From contig CP120457.1 of assembly GCA_034226945.1 (NCBI GenBank), forward strand, positions 1 through 64,000: a stretch of DNA of 64,000 nucleotides. The letters run 5' to 3'. Below, in pieces: positions 23,919 to 35,824 of the stretch. The translations under genes and the position numbers were made by a program. This stretch comes from Picochlorum sp. SENEW3 (Eukaryota). The notes beneath the pieces were generated by a model, which saw only the letters and a program-made list of their open reading frames with translations, searched no databases and had not been told where the DNA came from. The stretch's first letter is position 1. The number at the start of each line of letters is the position of its first letter.

Positions 23919-25115
23919 ATGGAATTAAAAAACGAGGCAGTAACGAATACATCCGGGGCAGGTGGATCGCAGCCAAAGGACTTGGACGAGCAACCCACTG
24001 AGCAGCCCACTGAGCAGCCCAGAGAAAATGGCAACGAGCATGCCACTGAGACCAAGCTTATAAGCGACGAGGATAAAGCTGTGGCAGCTCTTTTGTCGGG
24101 CATGGCGAAAGAGCCTGTCAAAGAGGAAGAAAGGACAGGCAATCAAAGGACAAGGAGATCGACGAGACGCAAGAAGAACCATCTATACAAAGACTATGAA
24201 ACAGATTTCAATAAATTAGAAGCTGAGGAAGTGCAAGAAGACAACAGGGTAAGGCGGACAAAGATCGCCAAGACTCAACAACGTGACATCTCATATAATA
24301 ATAATGGAGTGCAGTCGAACCAGTTTGGGCTGCTGCAGCATCTTTTGAATGGGAGAAGTATGGCTCAGCCTAAGGCTGCCTTGCCGAATCGGAGCACGAT
24401 CGCCAAATTCATCGAGTCATTTGAGAAACAGCGCCGTGAGGCTCAGAATCGAAAGAAGAATTCTGCCTATCCTCCTGCATTCATGGGAGCCAGGCAGGGG
24501 AACAGTGCATTTTTCGTCCCACAACAAAGGCTTGGCGCTTCTCCTGCTGCGTTGACTGCACAAATGATGCAGAATGTCTCGAGACCACAGGCAGCAACTG
24601 GCGAGGCTTCTCCATTCCCTCAAAACAGTGGCATCAACGAACTGATTGAGTCTCTGAGGAACAGTCTCAGTCAGCCCCCTCAGCATGGGGGATATGAGCA
24701 GCAAGTGCTACAGTTTGCATCACAGGGAGTTCAAAGACCAATATCACAACAAGAGCCTATTAGTCAAATACAAGAGCTTTTGGGGAGGCTGCAACAGCAG
24801 CAGCAGCAACAAAACCATGTCGCTCCACGGAGCGCAAGAGCCTTTACCCCATTACGAGAATGGCAGGAAAGTCCTCCAGTCGGTGCAAATCCAAATCAAC
24901 CGTCCGTGAATCCTTTGGAAACTATGATGGCTGCAATGGCTGGGACAACGCAACCTAATGGAGAGAGAACCAGGAACCAGCCTGCCTTCACAGCCCCACA
25001 AGCTGCTGGTACTCAGACATTGCAGGGGCAGAGTGCATTGAGAGGAGACAATGTATACATGTCCAAATTCAACAGTCTTTTACAAAGCCTTGGTGCTTTA
25101 GGCGATCGCCAGTGA
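23919..25115 (+). CDS. Hypothetical Gln-rich, probably nuclear protein
   Basis: ~398-aa ORF; basic RRSTRRKK stretch, polyQ; probable 5' intron 23789-23918. Confidence 0.7.
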   Translation: MELKNEAVTNTSGAGGSQPKDLDEQPTEQPTEQPRENGNEHATETKLISDEDKAVAALLSGMAKEPVKEEERTGNQRTRRSTRRKKNHLYKDYETDFNKLEAEEVQEDNRVRRTKIAKTQQRDISYNNNGVQSNQFGLLQHLLNGRSMAQPKAALPNRSTIAKFIESFEKQRREAQNRKKNSAYPPAFMGARQGNSAFFVPQQRLGASPAALTAQMMQNVSRPQAATGEASPFPQNSGINELIESLRNSLSQPPQHGGYEQQVLQFASQGVQRPISQQEPISQIQELLGRLQQQQQQQNHVAPRSARAFTPLREWQESPPVGANPNQPSVNPLETMMAAMAGTTQPNGERTRNQPAFTAPQAAGTQTLQGQSALRGDNVYMSKFNSLLQSLGALGDRQ

Positions 25116-25135
25116 ATTCATTATTCATTATTTTT

Positions 25136-25696
25136 TTAATTCTCTTGTTTTGACACATCTTGAATGGCAGAGACGTTCAGCTCTTGGATGTTGTCTCCGA
25201 TGATGGCAATGCTTTGAATTATTGTAGTATCAGCATCATCCATATTTGATTCTACAAACACAGTCAGGCATCGCACACTCCTGAATTTGACCACTGGGAG
25301 AGGAATGGGATCACCCTGCAGTGTCTCTTCTGTCAACGTGAGGGAGTGGACCGCGGGAGATTCGGCAGCCTCTCCAAACCCGATTGTAGGCCTATTAATA
25401 AAGAACTTGATTGATTTCGGAGCTGCTCCTGGGTTCACGGTAGACTTGAAGCAGATGCGAGAGATTCTCACAGGACTTACAAAAGGCAAGTGCAACAAAA
25501 TTTGCTCGTCAACCTCTGACTTGAGGAGTAGACCACCATCGTCTCTGTATCCCTACAAACAATTCAATGGAAAAGGTGAGCAAAATACTACCAATCATGA
25601 AGGCAAACGTCCCACCTGTTTCAAAACGTTTGCAGCTCCAGTGGCATTCAGGCACTCAACAGAGCTCCAATCTATAGCCGCATTCAGGTCGCTCAT
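25136..25696 (-). CDS. PITH-domain protein
   Basis: IDWSSVECLN / GYRDD..LLLKSEVDEQILLHLPF, APKSIKFFIN, VKFRSVRCLTVFVESN; one intron. Confidence 0.9.
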
Positions 25697-25885
25697 AATC
25701 GAATCAAATTATTGACACTATGGTATGGATCTATGCATGCTGAAAGCGTCAAATCGTTTCCTGTACCCATGCCATCCATTCGGAGAAGAGACTTTTCGAA
25801 AAAAGAACTTTATGACTCGTATCATGATGTGGTTCTTGTTCCGGTGTCTGCCGACAGCTTGCGACGCGCGTATTTCAGCAAAAGC

Positions 25886-26727
25886 ATGTTGAGGCAGTTG
25901 GCGGATATTTGTCTCCAGGGCCGTTCGTTTGCGGCAGCAGAGTCGCCTGGTCTGAGAGCGGCAGTCCTCTCTTTTCAGAACTTTGTGATAGGCCCTGATG
26001 CAGTAAAGCGTTACTTTGGCTCCTCACCAGGTGCATACGAGGATGAAAATTTAGTTCGACTCAATAACTTGCGGGACAATCCAGGAGCGACTCACCAGGT
26101 GAGACTACGCGCGTGGATGGTTGTTGCTCTCTCTTTGTATCACTCGTGCTAACCCAGAGCAATGTGTGTTTGTAGTATCGCCGTGTGGGTCGTGGTATAG
26201 GCTCAAGCAAAGGGAAGACCTCTGGCAGAGGGCATAAGGGACAGAAGTCTCGGTCTGGCGGGGCACCAAAACTTGGCTTTGAGGGAGGGCAGACTCCCAT
26301 GAGATTGAGGGTTCCCAAGCGTGGCTTTCACAACCCATTCTCGAGGACATACCACCCGCTCAACTTGGATAGACTGAGTGCATGGTTGGATTCGGGGAGA
26401 TTGGATCCCTCCAAGATCATCACCATGAGGGATTTGAGAGACAGTGGTGCCGTCAGGAGGGACATTGGAAATGGTGTCAAGATTCTGGGGTCTGGTGCGG
26501 ACAGTTTCGCATGGAATGTCAAATTAGAAGTGAGTCAAGTGTCAAGCAAGGCGAAAGAAGCCATTGAAAAGGCTGGGGGAGAGGTGACGACGGTGTACTA
26601 CAACGCTTTGGGTCTGAGAGCGCTGACAAGGCCCGAGTGGTTTGAAAAGAAAGGTAGGCGCATACCCAAGCCTGCACGGCCTCCTCCCAAACTTGCTCCG
26701 AAATTCGACCGGATAGGTTCGTTATAG
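25886..26727 (+). CDS. MRPL15: Mitochondrial ribosomal protein uL15m
   Basis: LNNLRDNPGA, intron 26099-26176, RVGRGIGSSKGKTSGRGHKGQ, GFEGGQTP. Confidence 0.93.
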
Positions 26728-27444
26728 ATCATTATTTATTCTTCTGATTGCATTGTAATGCACTGGGCTCACATAGGCCAAGAAAACTTCTCCTCGAATT
26801 GACCCATCTGGGATGTATCTGACGAACCAGTGCTGTTTGTCCGAGGTTATGACAGATATCATGCAATGGAATGCTTCGCTTGCTGCCCTCAAAGTCAGCT
26901 CGTCGCCCCAGCAGCCTTCCACACTCATCTCTTTCACATACGTGTCAAATTCTGGGCCGAGGTATGGCAGAAATCTCTGCCTGTTCAGGCGGATGTACCG
27001 GACCGCTTTTGATCTGACAAGCCCGTGTTTCTCAGGATTTCTAAAAATCTGTTTCGCAAGAGAGCGAAATTGGCAGTTTCCGTCCCCTGCCTGGACATCC
27101 ACCTCAAGCCCGAGGCCTCTGAGCCTCTCTGCCAATCGCAGGTCATCATCCGGCAACAGCTCCCCGCCGCTCGAGGGATCCTTTGTATTCACTTGAATGG
27201 CTTCTTCTAGCAATTGTCGCGATTCTGTCCAATCGAGGTGCACCAGGTCTGCATCAGAGATCGGTTCAAGTTTTCTGAAGGAGACTGTCTGCTTGTCCCT
27301 GAAAGATACGTTGACCAGCAAGCTCTTCCCCACTGTCTCGGGTTTGGCAATCGATCTGAGCTTAGTGTCTAATTCCGAGCTTAATGCCGCATCCATGTAC
27401 GGTGGATCCACCTCTCTGTGCCGAAAACACCAGCACCAACTCAT
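26722..27444 (-). CDS. OTU-domain deubiquitinase
   Basis: GDGNCQFR catalytic Cys, WGDELTL, VHYN catalytic His. Confidence 0.93.
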   Translation of the reverse strand: MSWCWCFRHREVDPPYMDAALSSELDTKLRSIAKPETVGKSLLVNVSFRDKQTVSFRKLEPISDADLVHLDWTESRQLLEEAIQVNTKDPSSGGELLPDDDLRLAERLRGLGLEVDVQAGDGNCQFRSLAKQIFRNPEKHGLVRSKAVRYIRLNRQRFLPYLGPEFDTYVKEMSVEGCWGDELTLRAASEAFHCMISVITSDKQHWFVRYIPDGSIRGEVFLAYVSPVHYNAIRRINNDL

Positions 27445-27683
27445 CGTTGCTTGTGCCTCCCCCGGCCCACGCAGTGTTAAAAACGTAATGCCTATCTCAC
27501 TGCAATAAAACACATCGATTAATTATGGCATGCTCGGGGTCCCTCGATGAGAATGAGAATGTTGATCATCTGTCCAGTTGATGGACTCTACTCATCTCCT
27601 GAGATCTCTAAAAAAACTGGGTCGAATGGCAACGGCTTATTTTGTTTCAATTGTAATCAAAATACGTTAATAAATCCTCAAGC

Positions 27684-29012
27684 ATGGGAGGAGACGAGGA
27701 GATGGATAGAAGAGTTCCCGTGGAAGAGACTCCCATCCGAATGGAGCACGTTCAAAATGCGGTCGGGTTCCTGTCGCATCCCAAGGTATATCTGCAAATG
27801 TTAACAAACGTCATGTTTCTACTATCAATACTTTTGACAAGAAACAAATTCCTTGCCTGTTGTACATGTAGGTAAGAGCGAGTTCGGAGGCTTCGAAAAG
27901 GAGTTTCCTTGTTGGAAAGGGCCTCACCGAGGCCGAGATAGAAGAAGCCTTTCGGAGGGTTCCCCAGGATGGATCGAAAGATGATTCAAGTCCTCTGCAA
28001 ACTCCAGGTGTACTCCCAGGAGACCAAGGGCGACCCCAAGGGACGGTAATGCCGCAGAGCCAGCAGATGCCAGAGTCCTCCTCCAGGGGATACTCTTGGA
28101 CCAATGTGTTGTTAGGAATGGGATTCGCGGCGGCAGCAGCATACTCCATCAAAAGTATTTTCGGCCCCTCTATTGCCAGAGGATTCAAGGCCTGGAAATC
28201 TCCAGAGAAGGATGGCGATACAACTGCAAAAAGCGAGGAAGATGAAAAATCAGAATTGGTAGAAGCAGTCAGAGAGCAGACAGAGCTGATGCGAAAATCT
28301 TTAGAATCGTTACAGATATTGATAGAGTCACAAAATACAACATCATCGTACCAGGCAATGTCTGAGCTGACAGAGGAGGTGAGGCACTTGGCTCATAGGC
28401 TTGAGGGTAGGTCTGGGCGTGCAGGTACGAACACCCCACATTCGGCACACAGTCATGCGAAAGTATCTGATGCAAGTGTCATTGTATAGATTCGTCCGTT
28501 GTTGACTCTGCTAAGCATCCTGTGTCGTATATGGAAGTGTTGGAAATGTTGGAGAAGGGGGAGACTCCCCCAGGAATCAGGGTACGATGTGGGTTTACTT
28601 CAGTAACCTTGGGTATACGTGAAAGTAACAATGTGTGCGCCTGTAGGACGATATTGATGATAAACCTCCCGAGCCAGACATGTCTCCACCCGTCTCGAAG
28701 CTCAAGCCGGTTCCCAAACCGTGGCACGACCTGGAACCTGGACAGGATGCTTCGTCTTCACTTTCAGTCTCCGTGAGAAATAAAGCCGATGACACACCAA
28801 GTCGAAGAGACCTTTCTGGGGAAAGGCCGGGGTCTATCTTAGAGTCTGCGATGACGCCTCCGGAAAAGTCGCCATCAGTTGTCATGGAAAAGCAGTATAG
28901 CAAATCTCCAATGAATGAGGGCTTTGAGGGGTCAGGGTTGGGTCGCCCAACTTCGTCGGCATGGAAGCCACCTCCATTGCCTACGCCGCTCTCCTTCGAT
29001 GGAGACGAATGA
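27684..29012 (+). CDS. PEX14: Peroxisomal membrane protein PEX14 (multi-exon)
   Basis: Pex14_N motif IRMEHVQNAVGFLSHPKV...FLVGKGLTEAEIEEAF (intron 27786-27871), TM, coiled coil, SYMEVLEMLEKGETPPGIR. Confidence 0.9.
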
Positions 29013-29040
29013 AATACAAATCTGACTGAGATTTTACATG

Positions 29041-29412
29041 TTAGACATCAACAATAGTGACTTCAACGTCGACTCCTGGCTCAATAGAGATGGATGTAAT
29101 CTGCTTCACAACCTCGGCTGGGGACTGGAGATCGATCAACCTCTTATGAATTCTCATTTCAAAGCGATCCCACGTCTTGGAACCTTCTCCATTTGGCGTC
29201 TTACGTGTGGTAATCTTCAATACCTTTGTTGGCATTCTGACTGGTCCCTTGACTCGAAGAGCCTTCTCCTTGGCTCCCCTGATGAGATCAGCGCACACCT
29301 TTTCAAGGTTCTTCACATTTTTGGAAGTGAGAGTGATGCGAATGCGATGCACCTGTGGGGCCTCAGCCTCCTCAACACCGGGCTTGGTAACAGGTTTGAT
29401 TGCGGTTGCCAT
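29041..29412 (-). CDS. RPS20: 40S ribosomal protein S20 (uS10)
   Basis: [19 protein letters not shown]...GPVRMPTK...RIHKRLIDL. Confidence 0.98.
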   Translation of the reverse strand: MATAIKPVTKPGVEEAEAPQVHRIRITLTSKNVKNLEKVCADLIRGAKEKALRVKGPVRMPTKVLKITTRKTPNGEGSKTWDRFEMRIHKRLIDLQSPAEVVKQITSISIEPGVDVEVTIVDV

Positions 29413-29797
29413 ATCGTCGTATTCGTTGATTTCTGCAGTTACAATGTAGAAAAACATTTAATTAAAATGTAAAGCGACCAGATCAAAACGTAAAGAGCGT
29501 CGTAATCGACAACGCCGACTTGACTGCGTGCGGCTGCGGCCACGTACCAAAGTATTTCTATTCCCCGAGTCAGCACCGAAGTGGTAGGCCTGTCACTGAG
29601 GGATTGATCTGTATATCGAAGTTTAAGAATGCATACGTACTCAAGAGGGTGCAGGCAAAAAGGCATGGCACATTGGCCATGCCTGGAGATCTCCAGAGAT
29701 CTCCAAGCAACACGTGGGGAATTGTCAGTGTAATGGAAGCTTGTCCGGCCACTGCATTTACTTTGCAGAGAAAGATTATTAGGGTCTCCAGCAAGTC

Positions 29798-30652
29798 ATG
29801 GGTGAGGTTGCGCATGCAACGGACGAACGGGGTGGGGATCAAGGACTGCAAAACCGTGCTGGTCCGAGGTGCTCAAACCCACAGTCGGGAAAAACATCAT
29901 TGGGAAAGCGCAAAGTTATTCAAAGAAGAATCGAGATGTTCACGACGCTCGCGGATGCGTACCGAACGCAGTACTGGGAACTAGCAGACGAGTTGCTCTC
30001 TTTGAAATACACAGGTTCTGGAAAGAGCGAGGGGTCGCAGGATGAGGCAGGTTTGTCGATTCAGGAAAGTGTTGATGCGATAAAAAATGCAATGGGGACG
30101 ACCAGCAAAGAGAGCTTGCCCCATGCAATACGGCTGCAGGAATCTGTCAAGGACCTAGACCTTGGGGACAGAAAGGTGCCGAAGCGCCCGAGGCAAGAAA
30201 ATATCGCGGACAAGGGAATAGATATGATTAGTAGAGTAGAGATGAGTTCTTACAATGCCTTGTGTCGGGAAATGGATAACCATGGGGCACTTGCAATGCT
30301 ATGTGGCATGAAATACACGTACTACATCAGGAGCACTGTGGTGAGTATCGGGCGCAGGGCGGGCCCAGGAAAGCAGACGAGAGGCACTAAGACCGTGGAC
30401 GTGAATCTTGTGGAAGAAGCTGCATCATACGGTCACCAAGATGCCATTTCCAGATGCCAAGCTCGGATTTTCCTAGACGGTGATGGGTGCTTTAGGGTCT
30501 ACAATTGTGGCAAACGGGGAGTGAGTGTCGATGGATCTCAGATTGAGCCTGGCAAGTCTGCTGTATTGCAGCATCTCAGCCTGATCAGCGTCGCCGGAGT
30601 GAGCTTGCTCTTCCTCCATCGCGGGGTGGATGAAGGCCATTCCATGGAATAA
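29798..30652 (+). CDS. FHA-domain protein (microspherule protein/MCRS1-like C-terminus)
   Basis: ALAML.G...IGR...DVNL...ISRCQARI...F.V.N.GKR.V.VDG. Confidence 0.75.
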   Translation: MGEVAHATDERGGDQGLQNRAGPRCSNPQSGKTSLGKRKVIQRRIEMFTTLADAYRTQYWELADELLSLKYTGSGKSEGSQDEAGLSIQESVDAIKNAMGTTSKESLPHAIRLQESVKDLDLGDRKVPKRPRQENIADKGIDMISRVEMSSYNALCREMDNHGALAMLCGMKYTYYIRSTVVSIGRRAGPGKQTRGTKTVDVNLVEEAASYGHQDAISRCQARIFLDGDGCFRVYNCGKRGVSVDGSQIEPGKSAVLQHLSLISVAGVSLLFLHRGVDEGHSME

Positions 30653-30779
30653 AAAACATGGTGATCCCTACCCAGAAGATGATCAAGGGTACCTGTAATA
30701 GTGATAATAATAGTTTTGTATAACAGTGTAGATGGTAAACATGAGATTCTCGCCATAAAATAGCTTCGAAACTCTCACA

Positions 30780-32379
30780 ATGCAGGCGACAGTCCGTAGG
30801 TCTTGTGCCATTCACCGGTGGGCAAGGCAGGTTTTATCATCCTCATCACTAGATAATGCATTTTTACATTGTGAATTGGGACAGTATCATCAAAGCATGG
30901 CAATTCAGCCTTCAAAGTTTGAAAGTGGGTCAGCAGAGGCGATCCAGCGCTGGCGCCAAATGGGTTGGCTCAGCTGGTCTGCCCGGACGTTGACGTCTGC
31001 TGAAAGTAGTCAGTTAGAGAGCGAAAAAGAGATTGTTCCATACAGAATATCAATTGTCACGGGGGATGTGCGAGGGGCCGGGTCCTCTGCACCAGCCCTG
31101 GTGACCTTGTTCGGTGAAGGTGTGTGCATCGCTATTTTTGAACCATGTTGAAAGGTATTTCGTTCATGAATAATGTTTCATGTGGTTTGATGTAGACGGA
31201 AGCAGCGAAAGCTACATGTTGGGCGGTGACAAGAGCGAGTCTTTCGACAGGGCCACAAGGGCACAATATGTATTGTACAGTAAGTTTCTGGGCTCACTCA
31301 GAAGGATTTTGATCCAGCAATTGCCGTCTTCATGTGATAATGATGAAGATGATTCGAAAGGGTGGTATTTAGATAGAATAGAAGTGCATGGGCCTGATGG
31401 AGAGAGGTACACGTTTCCTTGCAGTTCTTGGTTTGGGTGCAACCTGGTTGGAGAGGAAACCTGTACTGAGCGCAATCTTATTGTCGCAGCTGACCATCGG
31501 GATACCCATCGATCGTCACTGCATGATCCAGCTCACAGACTGACCCAGCCATTGCTGGTGGATGCTTCAGGGTACTCCATGCCTCATCCAGACAAGGTGC
31601 GGGCTGGGACAAAGGGAATGAATCGCAAAGGTATGGGGTATGGAGGCGAGGATGCGTACTTTTACGCGTCGAATAGCAATGGGATTTGGGCTGTAGGGGT
31701 CGCTGATGGCGTATACGAATGGAGACAAGTTGGAATCGATGCTGGAGCCTTCAGCAGGCAATTGATGGAGTACTGCAGACAAGCAATAGAATTGGGAACC
31801 ATGGATGTGCTTCGCGTTTTACAGTTTGCATCAAAGCATCTGAGGCGTTGTGAGACGTTGGGATCTTCGACGGTCTGCCTGGGTATAGTGGACACACTCC
31901 AAGGACGGCTGGCAACTGCAACAATTGGGGATTCTGGGTTCATTTTGTTGGGTAGATCGAGAGAGAACTACATGTCATCGACCTTACAAGGAACATATTA
32001 CATTCGATACAGGAGCCCTCAACAGGAGCATTCTTTCGGATGTCCCTATCAGCTGGGTCACCAGGAAGGCGCCGACAACCCTGAAGATGCCATGCTGTCC
32101 ACCATGCCTCTCTATCCCGGAGACGTCCTCATCATTGGATCCGATGGACTTTTCGATAATGTGGCAGACGAAAGCATCGTAGAAATGGTCAACAAAGTTC
32201 TCGCGGAGGGTGGAAAGCCCAATGAGCTTTCGCAAGCTCTGGCATTCCACGCATTCCAGGCATCGACTGACAAGGCTGCCATGACGCCATACAGCGTTGC
32301 CGCTTCAGAAGCTTTTGAAATGATATACAATGGAGGTAAAGCGGACGACATCACCGTCGTGACGGCTGTTTTCAATTAA
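30780..32379 (+). CDS. PLAT/LH2 domain + PTC7-type PP2C phosphatase
   Basis: PLAT (YRISIVTGD..GAGS, WYLDRIEV, FPCSSW), intron 31120-31195, PP2C motifs GEDAYF, VADGV..W, GSST, GSDGLFDN, GGKADDITV. Confidence 0.9.
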
Positions 32380-32426
32380 TTAATTTGTAATTTACATGTA
32401 CATGTATGATACAAAGATGTTGGTCT

Positions 32427-32903
32427 TCAGAGTTTGTCCAATTTGGATGCTGCAACCACTGGGTTGGCCTCCGCAAGCTTCTGCCTATCAAACGCAGCAT
32501 AATCAAAACTACACTCATGACCATCTCCGGCATGCCTGTGACCAGAGCAGAACACATATCCACAGCGGCACTCAAAACCAAGCAGGCCAACCTTCTTGCT
32601 ACACTTGAAGCATCTATTGCGGTTCTTCTGTTCTACGGGTTTGCGCTTCTCATCTTCGTCACATTGTCCTTGCAATGCTGCTTTTGTGTCGGCAGGAGCA
32701 TGCTCTTCCACGTCAGCTCGTGCCTCCTCTACGAGTGCCGCAGGGGAACCTGCAGTCTCATTCTTCTTCTCCTTCTCGTTGTACTCCCTGTAACACTTGG
32801 AACACAGCTCCATAGTTGCAGGGTTACCAAAGAAACCGCAATTATTCCGGCACAATTTCGGCTCCGGCGATGCCTGTTGCTGTTCACACGAGTGCTGCTC
32901 CAT
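32427..32903 (-). CDS. A20/AN1 zinc-finger stress-associated protein
   Basis: LCRNNCGFFG...LCSKCY (A20); RCFKCSKKVGLLGFECRCG..FC..HR (AN1). Confidence 0.96.
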   Translation of the reverse strand: MEQHSCEQQQASPEPKLCRNNCGFFGNPATMELCSKCYREYNEKEKKNETAGSPAALVEEARADVEEHAPADTKAALQGQCDEDEKRKPVEQKNRNRCFKCSKKVGLLGFECRCGYVFCSGHRHAGDGHECSFDYAAFDRQKLAEANPVVAASKLDKL

Positions 32904-33305
32904 GTCCCAGTGCTGTCCAAGAATGTTCTGGAAACCAAACGTGGAAGAGGTTGACTTCAGAGTCTCGAAACTGTTTCGATATTTTCTTTAGTTGAGTTAT
33001 TCAACCGAAATAGCTAAAAGCACGGGGGTGTCGAAGAGTTTCCCTGATGAGGTACCGGTTACCCTGGAATCCGCGTGCGTATGAGAGATTGACGCAAGTG
33101 ACTACGGTGCGTCAATAATTTGCTTCTACTCTATATAGTCTGACAGAATATTTTGTGAATGGTCCGTTCGCCAAGGTTCGTGGGATACATGGCCTTCGGA
33201 ATCCCCGAAGCCTGATGAATTTTAATTCCTTTCTAAGGAGAATTCACCCACCAGCTAGAGGAAGAGTGGAACCTGTACGCCTAAAGTAACCACTGTCAAA
33301 TAATT

Positions 33306-34061
33306 ATGTCAAATTGTGAGACCAGTGTTGTGTCAAGTGTACAGGTTATAGCTGATACGAGTGCCTCGATACCCGAGTGCCTCGGCGATGCTTTGAAGAG
33401 TCTCATTCATACAGTCTTATTGAATCGTTCACTGGGGCATATTGCACCAGTGGAAAGGACAAGCGAATTAGTAGTCCTTGAGAAGGAAGAGGAATTGGCC
33501 TGGTGTGAGAACGGCGAAGAGGAGCTGCGTGATTTGGTCGATAGAGAGGTTTTTCGTATTGCACACAGGGAGGTTTTCGACTTTGTCAAGGAAAACTCGA
33601 CACAGAACAGGTGTCGGTGCTCGACTACTTTTGAGGTGGTGCTCCGATTTTTCGAAAGGAAGAAAGACCAGTCGACTGGCTGGTTTCGAAGGCCCAGCGC
33701 GAGGGAGAAACAGCTGACGTGGGAAAAGTGGGTGTTCCCCTTTGAGGTACTTTTTTTTGACAAGGCAGATTCTAGCTCTGCTCGGGTTCTCACGGCTGCC
33801 GAGGCAAAACATCTCAAAAAAGCTCAGCTTGAACTTATCAGTGGATTAAACGCGAAGAGGGAGCATCTTCCTCCGGTCGTGGCAGGGCAAGGACTGACAT
33901 TTCCGTTTGACCTTCAGGTACAGAACCTCACCTGTACTATTGTGGATACTGAGACAGGGGTAACGACCAATCGCCAAAAGTCTTCAGGAATTGCAGCATA
34001 TGGTGTGGATATAGTGAAGCGAGTTCTGTCATCCACCGAACCTCCGTCTATATTGCAGTGA
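33306..34061 (+). CDS. ATG101: Autophagy-related protein 101 (HORMA)
   Basis: LKSLIHTVLLNRSLG, F.E.K..GWF finger, WEKW, HLPPV..FPF. Confidence 0.85.
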   Translation: MSNCETSVVSSVQVIADTSASIPECLGDALKSLIHTVLLNRSLGHIAPVERTSELVVLEKEEELAWCENGEEELRDLVDREVFRIAHREVFDFVKENSTQNRCRCSTTFEVVLRFFERKKDQSTGWFRRPSAREKQLTWEKWVFPFEVLFFDKADSSSARVLTAAEAKHLKKAQLELISGLNAKREHLPPVVAGQGLTFPFDLQVQNLTCTIVDTETGVTTNRQKSSGIAAYGVDIVKRVLSSTEPPSILQ

Positions 34062-34070
34062 TTGAATCGA

Positions 34071-35048
34071 ATGATGCAACACGCCTGTGTCTTAGATTTG
34101 AAGTCGCATGTCGACGCTCGGGTTTTGAAGCGTGTGAAAGCCTGGGTATCGGCGATGAGGGAAAATCTTGCCGTACAGGACGCTTTCGTGAATCTATCAG
34201 TAAACCAAAATAGGTTGAATATGGCCTATCCTCTGTCCGATGTTTCTGGTGTTGCCATGCATTTGAACAGGTACAGAGACATCATGCCCTATGCTCACTC
34301 TCAGGTGAGCTTGCAGGACCCCGTGCGCTACAGAGATTTGCGGGGAACTTCTGATTACATAAATGCATCTTGGATCGAAGATTCTTCGGAGAATCAGAGG
34401 GAAAATCGGGTGAGATATATAGCATCGCAAGGTCCATTGAGGGCAACATCTGAATCATTCTGGAGAATGGTGTTTGAACAAGAGACACCAGTGATCGTCA
34501 TGCTGACAAACTTGCTTGAGAAGGGGAGGGAGAAGTGCTTCGCGTACTATCCGACCAAGACGGCTTCCTGCCTGGAGTTTGGTACCGTCAAAGTTCGACT
34601 TGAGGATGAAAGTGAGACCGATGGAATCATCCAGCGGGATATCTCGGTCACACTGACTTGTGCTAAAGGTACTGTGCATCGAGTGAAGCATTATCAGCTT
34701 CAAACATGGCCAGATCATGGCGTTCCAGGATCTCCAGAAGATGTTTATGGCGTTTTAGACAAGCTTTGTTGGCTCACGCCAGAAGATGGTCCCCCGGTCG
34801 TCCACTGTTCTGCAGGTATTGGCAGGACAGGTGTGGTGCTGGCACTGGATATAGTGCGACGACGAGTTGCGGCCTTGAGCCAGGCAGAGCCAGAAAATGT
34901 ATCTGATGAGATGATACAATCTGCCACCGATATCCAGGCCGTTGTTTTTGGCATGAGGCACCAGAGGGCATTCATGGTACAGACAGTTCACCAGCTACAA
35001 TTCTGTTACGATGCCTTGGCTGGGATGCTGTCCCTCGCCGCGGCGTAA
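34071..35048 (+). CDS. PTP1: Classical protein tyrosine phosphatase
   Basis: NRYRDIMPY, DYINAS, YIASQGP, WPDHGVP, VHCSAGIGRTG, MVQT..Q. Confidence 0.95.
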   Translation: MMQHACVLDLKSHVDARVLKRVKAWVSAMRENLAVQDAFVNLSVNQNRLNMAYPLSDVSGVAMHLNRYRDIMPYAHSQVSLQDPVRYRDLRGTSDYINASWIEDSSENQRENRVRYIASQGPLRATSESFWRMVFEQETPVIVMLTNLLEKGREKCFAYYPTKTASCLEFGTVKVRLEDESETDGIIQRDISVTLTCAKGTVHRVKHYQLQTWPDHGVPGSPEDVYGVLDKLCWLTPEDGPPVVHCSAGIGRTGVVLALDIVRRRVAALSQAEPENVSDEMIQSATDIQAVVFGMRHQRAFMVQTVHQLQFCYDALAGMLSLAAA

Positions 35049-35079
35049 TTATGCATAGTATTAAAAAAGAAAATGAAAA

Positions 35080-35824
35080 TTAGTTGACAAGCTGTACAGC
35101 AGCAATAGTCGGTATTCTCTCTCGCAATTTCTGAGTAACGGCCACCCTGACAGTCATGACACTGGCAGCTGGTCCGGTGATCTTGACTTTGACAATGGGG
35201 CCATCCAATTCCTCCAGCTCCAGCCCTCCCCCTCCTGTACCCACAAGATACGGTCGGATTTCGTCAAGAACCATATCCACGTTCTCCTCCGTCAAATCCA
35301 GGCCGACGTTTTCGTCCTGAACTTGCACAACATCTGCAATGTCAGGAATCTTTTCCATCAGCCTCCTCTGAATGCCCATCGTCATCGTTGTCAACGACGA
35401 TGGGCAAGATCCACAGGCGCCTTGCAACCTCAGGTACACAATGGGGCCGTCTATCTCTACAAACTCTACATTTCCTCCGTCTGCCATCAAATATGGTCGA
35501 ACTTCATCCAAGACCTGCTCCACATTCTCTTCAGTCAACTCAAGCCCCTGCTCTGCAGCACTGACCACTCTAGGACCCTGAAAAGCTGCAATATATCGAA
35601 CAGTATGATGTTAGGAAAAACATTGCTAATGATCCAATGGATCCAAAAGCATAGAACATACCTCGAATAGCCGTTCGTGTGTTGAACGCTCCATCTTTCT
35701 TCAAACCAACCGCATTAAGGCTCGAACGGGCCCCTACGTTCCTAATACGTTTAAAATGAAATGGAAACTGCATCATATGTACAGCAACAGGCAGTGATTG
35801 CCCTGCGTGCGTGCTGTTCAACAT
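35080..35824 (-). CDS. NFU: Plastid NifU-like Fe-S carrier with two NFU domains
   Basis: Transit-peptide exon; [24 protein letters not shown]; second Cys-less NFU domain. Confidence 0.95.

Noticed and set aside
33041..33075. Hammerhead ribozyme (CTGATGAG core)
   Set aside because: No GAAA after stem II and no stems I/III.
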